DNA of 40,552 nucleotides from a virus (Duplodnaviria > Caudoviricetes), in IMG/VR virus record IMGVR_UViG_3300009075_000007, positions 1-40,552 of that record; one strand, written 5' to 3'. Within the stretch, counting starts at the first letter, position 1, and each line of letters begins with the position of its first letter. The notes beneath the pieces were generated by a model, which ran no database searches, was not told the origin of the DNA, and saw only the letters and a list, made by a program, of their open reading frames with translations. Positions 35,040 through 40,552 of the stretch are shown piece after piece. Both the position numbers and the translations under genes were made by a program.

Positions 35040-35439
35040 CGCGGGGTTCGTCGCGAACCGCGCCGCCGGCAATACCGGCGCGATGGCCGACTTCTACAAC
35101 GAAGCGACCGCGACGATGATTTGGAAGCCCCGCGTCACGATCACCGAGTTGCTCAGCTCGGTGGTGTGGTCGGATTTCATCGCGCTGACCGTGGACAGGC
35201 GTGAGGCGTGGTTCGCGCTCACGCAAGGCGGCTCGGAAGGTGTCGACGCAACAGTCGGGTCAATCCGCAGCGGGTTCGTGACGATCTTCGGCGGCGCATC
35301 GGATACGGTGACCAACCTCACCGCCGTTGCACAGCAAGCCGCCACCCGATACGAGGCGATGCATACCACGAGCGGCGTATCGAGCGAGTTTGGGCGACGC
35401 GTGTCGAACGACGACATCGTTCGCGCCCTCGCGGCGTAA
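34996..35439 (+). CDS. Hypothetical protein, likely virion-associated
   Basis: RBS GAGG; late-gene context. Confidence 0.7.
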   Translation: MDYAALKAAILAETDAGFVANRAAGNTGAMADFYNEATATMIWKPRVTITELLSSVVWSDFIALTVDRREAWFALTQGGSEGVDATVGSIRSGFVTIFGGASDTVTNLTAVAQQAATRYEAMHTTSGVSSEFGRRVSNDDIVRALAA

Positions 35440-35450
35440 GGGGGTAGATC

Positions 35451-35894
35451 ATGGCTGACGTAAAGAATGCCTACCCCGCTGGTGCGGCATACACCATCAC
35501 CCTTAACTCGCTCGGGTCGGGATCGTATGTCACCGGCAACGAGGTCGACAACACGACAAACTTGTATCTGGACTACCTTGTCGAGTTCGTCATCGCCGAC
35601 GTGGCCGAGGCAGGCAACAAGCAGGTGGTGATCTTCGCCATCTCATCGCTCGACGGTACCAACTACTCGGACGCGCCGAGCGCGACCAAGCCGCAGAACA
35701 ACGCCGCTATCGTGGGGGCCATCTCCCTCGACGGCACGGGGCCGTACCGGTCGAAGGCGATGAGCGTGGCTGCGGCGTTCGGCAATGTGCTTCCGCCGAA
35801 ATTCGAGCTGGTTGCGTATAACGACGCTGGCGTGGCGCTTGCCGGGTCGGGCAACTCCGCTTATTTGCGCGGCGTCTATAACACGGTCGGCTAA
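35451..35894 (+). CDS. Probable virion beta-sandwich protein
   Basis: 'VDNTTNLYLD', 'SLDGTNYSD', 'LPPKF'; RBS present. Confidence 0.7.
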   Translation: MADVKNAYPAGAAYTITLNSLGSGSYVTGNEVDNTTNLYLDYLVEFVIADVAEAGNKQVVIFAISSLDGTNYSDAPSATKPQNNAAIVGAISLDGTGPYRSKAMSVAAAFGNVLPPKFELVAYNDAGVALAGSGNSAYLRGVYNTVG

Positions 35895-35900
35895 CCGGCG

Positions 35901-36719
35901 ATGCTCCTTCGACACGCGCCAACCTTCCGGCCCGCCTCTGTCAGCATCATCACGGCGGGCAACGCGGGGGCGGTCGCCTCGGGCGCTCCGCAGTCGTACC
36001 TCTCCCTTGTTCGTCGGGACGGCAACGGAGGGAACGGGTACGGGTACATCTACGGGCAGATGCCCACTGGCACGATCAACGGGCCGCGCTACTTCTATCA
36101 GGACGACGGTCGCCTGTGGTTTGCCGCGCACTCGACTACGGCCAACCAGCCGGGACGCTCGATCACCGCTGGCGACTTCCCCGGCAATGGCATCTGGCAC
36201 TGGGGCGCTGCGACGTGGGAGGGGCTGAGCACCTTCGCCTCGATCCGCCTCTACATCTCGCAGTCGCTGACTTCTCCGCTTGCGGAAGGAACGTACTTCG
36301 ACGGCAACAACGGAAGCGGGGACGGGATCGGCGGGCCGGGCGAACTCATCACCATCGGCAACAGGCAAGACAGCGCGCGCACCCTCAACGGCGCGATCGG
36401 GTTGCTCGCGCGGTGGAACCGTGCGCTGCGGTTGGACGAGCTGGAAAGGGCGAAGCGGTACGGCCCTCGCGCTGTTCCGAACGGGCTCATCCTCCTGTAC
36501 GTCCACGACCAGCTGGTCATCGGGGAAGGGGCCGCAAAAGGGATTACGCGCGTCGGGATTACCAAAACCAACGCACCGGGTGTGTGGCTACCAACGGAGG
36601 CGAAGCCGCGTCGATTCTTCGCGGTGAGCGGCGCACGCATCCCGGTGCTCTCGCTGCCCGGCGTCCAGAACATTGCGTCCACCACGGCTCAGCCGAAGGT
36701 GACGCTGACCTATTCGTGA
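35901..36719 (+). CDS. LamG/concanavalin A-like lectin-fold protein
   Basis: 'WHWGAATWE...LYI', 'TIGNR...LNGAIG..ARWNRAL..DE'. Confidence 0.75.
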   Translation: MLLRHAPTFRPASVSIITAGNAGAVASGAPQSYLSLVRRDGNGGNGYGYIYGQMPTGTINGPRYFYQDDGRLWFAAHSTTANQPGRSITAGDFPGNGIWHWGAATWEGLSTFASIRLYISQSLTSPLAEGTYFDGNNGSGDGIGGPGELITIGNRQDSARTLNGAIGLLARWNRALRLDELERAKRYGPRAVPNGLILLYVHDQLVIGEGAAKGITRVGITKTNAPGVWLPTEAKPRRFFAVSGARIPVLSLPGVQNIASTTAQPKVTLTYS

Positions 36720-36726
36720 GACCGAC

Positions 36727-38100
36727 ATGACGACCGTCACTGCCGCGCCGGCCTACTGGGCCGCCGTCCTTCCAGAGATTGGCGATCTGGCGAGGGCGAA
36801 CGCCGTTGCAGCGCTGCTGACCACCGGCACGAAGCTGAAGATTTACGACAGCGACGATGTGCTGATCCGCACGGTCACGACCGCTGCATGGACGCGCGGC
36901 ACTCTCGCGCTCGGCGAGTACCCGATTACGCCGGGCGCGATCACAGACGGCGCAACGGGTAGCGGAACCCCGTCCTATGTCGTCATCACGACGACTGCAG
37001 ATGTCGAGATCATCCGCATGCCTGCGGGGGTTTTGAGCGGCACGATGCGATTCCCGGCGGCGATTGCCGGGGGAACGGCGCTCGACGCGGGCACATTCGC
37101 GCTCGCCTATCCGACAGACGCGGTAGCGCCGACTGGCAAGCGTTGGTTTCCGGGCCACTACCTGTATGCGTCCGACGATGTGAACCATCTGGGCATGATG
37201 GATTCGCGCCGGAATCTGGTGAAAGACAACTCCAATTGGGCTGGCTACCACAATCAATACTGGTGGCACTCACTGGAGTCGACCGAGGGCGTCTACGACT
37301 TTTCGGTCATCACAGATGACTTGGTGAAGGCGGAGGCCGACGGCAAGGCGTTGGTGGTGCGGTTGATGGACCGTTCGTTTCACGGCTCGACACGTCCGTT
37401 TCCCGTCCCTGCCTACATCACCAGCACGTACAGCGGCACCTACACATCGGGGTCTTTTATCGGCGTCAAACTGTGGGAACCGACAGTCAACGAAAGATTG
37501 ATCCTGATGATCGAGGCGCTGTATGCCGCCTGTGAACCGTATGCAGCATTCCAAGGTCTTGCGATGGACGAAAGTTCAATGGTTGGGGTTCTCGATCAGC
37601 CGTCGTACACACACGCGAAGATGGCGGCGTGGTGGCTGAAAATGAGCGAACGGTGCGGCGCGGCGGCCGGAACGGCGCTGTTCTTTTCAAACATGAATTA
37701 CGGCTACTCGTCGAGCGCTGTCCCGTCTCGGCTGGAAATTATGACCGAGATGGCGACAGTCGATCGGATCGGCACCGGAGCATCGGACGCAAGGCTCGAC
37801 GGCGACCGGAACGGCGGGGCATTGGGTTATCCGTTCAATCCGTGGCAGTGGGCTGGCATTTCACCGCTGTTCGGTGGGGTTGAGTACAACACCTATACGA
37901 CCGACCCGCTGCGGCCGACGCGAACGGCGAAGGATTATTTGGATTTCGGCGTCGATCAGCTGCGCCTCAACTTCATGGGCTGGATGGCGCGCACCAGCAC
38001 GACCGGCGTCGACTTCAACATCTACGACGCGATTGCCGAGATCGACAGGCAGGCGGGTCGAATCGTTACTACGCGTCCGACCAACGCGCCTGCGGGGTAA
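36727..38100 (+). CDS. N-terminal structural module plus glycoside-hydrolase-like (clan GH-A-like) domain
   Basis: 'WFPGHY', 'YWWHSLESTEGVYDFS.I', 'PVPAYI', 'KLWEP.V', 'MDES'. Confidence 0.65.
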   Translation: MTTVTAAPAYWAAVLPEIGDLARANAVAALLTTGTKLKIYDSDDVLIRTVTTAAWTRGTLALGEYPITPGAITDGATGSGTPSYVVITTTADVEIIRMPAGVLSGTMRFPAAIAGGTALDAGTFALAYPTDAVAPTGKRWFPGHYLYASDDVNHLGMMDSRRNLVKDNSNWAGYHNQYWWHSLESTEGVYDFSVITDDLVKAEADGKALVVRLMDRSFHGSTRPFPVPAYITSTYSGTYTSGSFIGVKLWEPTVNERLILMIEALYAACEPYAAFQGLAMDESSMVGVLDQPSYTHAKMAAWWLKMSERCGAAAGTALFFSNMNYGYSSSAVPSRLEIMTEMATVDRIGTGASDARLDGDRNGGALGYPFNPWQWAGISPLFGGVEYNTYTTDPLRPTRTAKDYLDFGVDQLRLNFMGWMARTSTTGVDFNIYDAIAEIDRQAGRIVTTRPTNAPAG

Positions 38101-38103
38101 GCG

Positions 38104-39393
38104 ATGAGCGTCGAACTATCAAGCGGCAATTACCTCTCGCGCACGGTCGGCGTTCCGACGAGCCATCAAGCGTTCTCGTGCTGCGGTTGGTTCAAGCGAT
38201 CCAGCGATGCGGCGATCGACGAGTACGTGATCCACTTTGGATCGGGCACAAACCCGATCCAGATCAAAGTCGAGCACGACGACGACAAGATCACGTTGAA
38301 CCTGCAGTACAGCGGCTCGCGGATCGTCAGCGGGCCGGTCGCAACGGTCGGGTCTTGGTTTTTCATCGGGCTGGTCTGCTCCGGCACGACCGCGACGATG
38401 TACTGGCGTGCGGAAGGCGAAACATCGCTTTCCAGTGGTTCGGCATCGAACACAGGCGGCGACTGGACGACGGACAACATCTATCTAGGCCGCGATGCGA
38501 CGACCGCCCCTAGCAACCCGTTCACTGGCAAGGCCGCGTGCGCTCGTTTTTGGAATGTAGCAAACACCGTCGGCGAGATGCAGGCTGAGTCGGAAAGTCT
38601 GACGCTCGTCAAAACTGCGAACAACCTGTCCGACCATCGGTTCGATGGCGCGAACATCGCCGCCGCTCTTGTCGATGACTCTGGCAACGGCAACGACTTC
38701 ACCGCGACCGGCACCGTCACGGTCAGCGTTGACGAGCCAACCGTAACCGTTGGGGGCGGTGCCGCGCATGAACTGGCCGGCGGCGACGATCTGCCGGTGA
38801 TCACATCGATCGACTTGGCACCGACGACTGTCTCACTGGTAGCGGGCGATGACCAGTCGATGTTGCTGACGATCAACGATCAGAACGATGCGCCGATTCC
38901 GTACCTTGAAGGCGTGTCGGCATCGGATACGACTTCGGTCGCCACGGTCACGCAGCCTGCCGCAACGGATGCGTCGGGTGAGGCGACGTTCCTTGTGGGC
39001 TCGCTCGCGGCCGGAAGCGCGTCGGTAACTGTCACCCTAGACGGTGTGACATCGAACGCGGCAGCGGTCACAGTGACTGCGCAGCCAACTCCCGCCGTTG
39101 TCAACGTGCTCCCCATCACCGTGGCGCTGGCCGCCGGAACCACGCAGCAGTTCACTGCCTCCTTGGATGGAGACCCCTCGGCGACCTTCGTCTGGTCGAT
39201 CTCTTCGGGCGCAGGGTCGATCGGTGCCGGCGGGCTGTTCACCGCCACCACGCCGGGCACCGTCGTTGTTCAAGCTGCCCACTCAAGTGACGCCGCCCTG
39301 TACGGGGAGGCCACCATCACCGTATCAGGTGGGGCAACCGCCCCGATCAGCGGGCCGCCGCCAGCGCGTCGAAACAGAAGGAGGTTCAAGTAA
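38104..39393 (+). CDS. LamG plus Ig-like (Big) domain protein
   Basis: 'FSCCGWFK', 'WFFIGLV', 'DDSGNGNDF'; 'PTTVSL', 'GTTQQFTA...VWSI...G.FTA..PG'. Confidence 0.8.
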   Translation: MSVELSSGNYLSRTVGVPTSHQAFSCCGWFKRSSDAAIDEYVIHFGSGTNPIQIKVEHDDDKITLNLQYSGSRIVSGPVATVGSWFFIGLVCSGTTATMYWRAEGETSLSSGSASNTGGDWTTDNIYLGRDATTAPSNPFTGKAACARFWNVANTVGEMQAESESLTLVKTANNLSDHRFDGANIAAALVDDSGNGNDFTATGTVTVSVDEPTVTVGGGAAHELAGGDDLPVITSIDLAPTTVSLVAGDDQSMLLTINDQNDAPIPYLEGVSASDTTSVATVTQPAATDASGEATFLVGSLAAGSASVTVTLDGVTSNAAAVTVTAQPTPAVVNVLPITVALAAGTTQQFTASLDGDPSATFVWSISSGAGSIGAGGLFTATTPGTVVVQAAHSSDAALYGEATITVSGGATAPISGPPPARRNRRRFK

Positions 39394-39980
39394 TGCACTT
39401 CAATAAATCAGAAAGCACGCCCGCCCTGCGCTGGCTGCCTTTTCAAGCCTTTGACGACGACGCCGCCGACAACTATGCGCCGAAGACAGGGCTGACGTGG
39501 GGCGTGGGAGAGCTGAAGGTCGCGAAGGCTGGCGGAGGTTGGGCGGACGCCGCCGGCACGACCGCGAACGGGCAAGTCATCGAGATCGGTGGCGGCTGGT
39601 ACTGGTATCAGTTCTCCGCCGCTGAGCTGGATACGCAAGGCGCGATCATGCTGGTCGTGAACAAAACCGACGTCTACTCCGAGGGCGCTGTCGGATTTAT
39701 CCCCGGCTACGACCCGCACGATGCGGTCGCGCTCGGACTGTCCAACCTCGCCACTGCGGTGCCGGCAATCGCCGACTGGCTCGACTCTGCCGACAGCATC
39801 GAGACCGGTCTCACGCTGCGCAACGCGCTGCGCCTGATCGCTGCCTATGCGGCTGGCAACGTCACCGGCGGCGGCTCGGGTACGGAAGCGTTCAAGGCTG
39901 CGGTCGACTCAGCGAAGACGCGCTTCACGAGCTTCCCGACCAGCGCCGGCTCGCGCACGGTCACCTACGACTTCAGCTGA
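39393..39980 (+). CDS. Probable virion structural/adaptor protein
   Basis: 'EIGGGWYWYQFSAAELDT.G' and 'ETGLTLRNALRLIAA..AG..TG'. Confidence 0.7.
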   Translation: MHFNKSESTPALRWLPFQAFDDDAADNYAPKTGLTWGVGELKVAKAGGGWADAAGTTANGQVIEIGGGWYWYQFSAAELDTQGAIMLVVNKTDVYSEGAVGFIPGYDPHDAVALGLSNLATAVPAIADWLDSADSIETGLTLRNALRLIAAYAAGNVTGGGSGTEAFKAAVDSAKTRFTSFPTSAGSRTVTYDFS

Positions 39981-40519
39981 TGCACTCCGGGGCCCAGCAC
40001 TACGCGGCGAAGCATCAGGCCGCACGGCACACGACGCTGGCGACCAGCTCGTCGGTGCAGTCGCTCGGCCTGCTACACCACGCCGCTCGGCACTTCGCAG
40101 CCAAGCACGGCTCGGCGATGCACCACAACCGCAAGAACCTGCGGGCCGCGCTGCCGACAGGCGACGTCACGGTCGGCGAGTGGCTGCCGTCCTCCGGCGA
40201 CACGCTGTTCGCGCGGCTCGTCTCGATCGACGGTGACGGGTTCATCAGCATCGACGGGCCCGGCGAGTGCGAGATCGCGCTGGACGCGATCGACGACCCT
40301 GCCGAGCTGGCCCCTCACGCACTGGCATGCCGAGTCGCCTGCACCTCGGTGCGCGCACTCACCGTGCAGCTGCGTCAGGGGGCCAGCAAGATCATCGCGA
40401 CTTGGGAGCACGGCCGCCCGCCCGACAGCCCGATCACGGTCTTCTCGTACCTGACCGAGTCGCAGATCGGCGAGATCACCAACCGCGCTGATTTGCGCGT
40501 GCGACTCGTGAGCACCTGA
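39980..40519 (+). CDS. Hypothetical protein with duplicated His-periodic N-terminal motif
   Basis: HSGAQHYAAKHQAARH and HHAARHFAAKHGSAMHH; TGATG coupling. Confidence 0.7.
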   Translation: MHSGAQHYAAKHQAARHTTLATSSSVQSLGLLHHAARHFAAKHGSAMHHNRKNLRAALPTGDVTVGEWLPSSGDTLFARLVSIDGDGFISIDGPGECEIALDAIDDPAELAPHALACRVACTSVRALTVQLRQGASKIIATWEHGRPPDSPITVFSYLTESQIGEITNRADLRVRLVST

Positions 40520-40520
40520 C

Positions 40521-40550
40521 ATGGCGATTACCTACGTCGGCGGTAATAGC
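40521..40550 (+). CDS. Start of next gene (MAITYVGGNS...), truncated
   Basis: ATG follows the previous stop after one base and runs off the window. Confidence 0.5.
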   Translation, partial: MAITYVGGNS

Positions 40551-40552
40551 AA

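Noticed and set aside
1-40552. tRNA genes, integrase/att site or stop-codon reassignment
   Set aside because: None recognised by eye; core genes are intact in the standard code and TAG, TGA and TAA all end genes.

Overview
High-GC, tailed dsDNA bacteriophage genome segment, probably a podovirus of a proteobacterial host, cut inside genes at both ends. Left to right: (i) 3' part of a giant polyvalent LPD38 protein and three small downstream genes, two with signal peptides; (ii) leftward replication/accessory operon (DUF2800 Cas4-like nuclease, DUF2815 SSB, family A polymerase, dNMP kinase, HNH-AP2, cassette-like small genes); (iii) divergent switch with an HTH gene, primase-helicase, iteron-rich AT-rich origin candidate, VRR-NUC and SNF2 helicase; (iv) leftward early-type operon (about 28.09 to 22.72 kb) with DUF932 and an orphan HicA-like gene; (v) TerS, TerL, portal and a long run of LamG/Ig/glycoside-hydrolase-like genes containing a solo LytTR gene. 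The main find is that the early operon is punctuated by four hammerhead ribozymes (three type II, one type I) on the coding strand, each starting immediately after a stop codon. No integrase, major capsid or clear lysis gene was recognised. All calls come from reading motifs by eye; no searches or folding programs were run.
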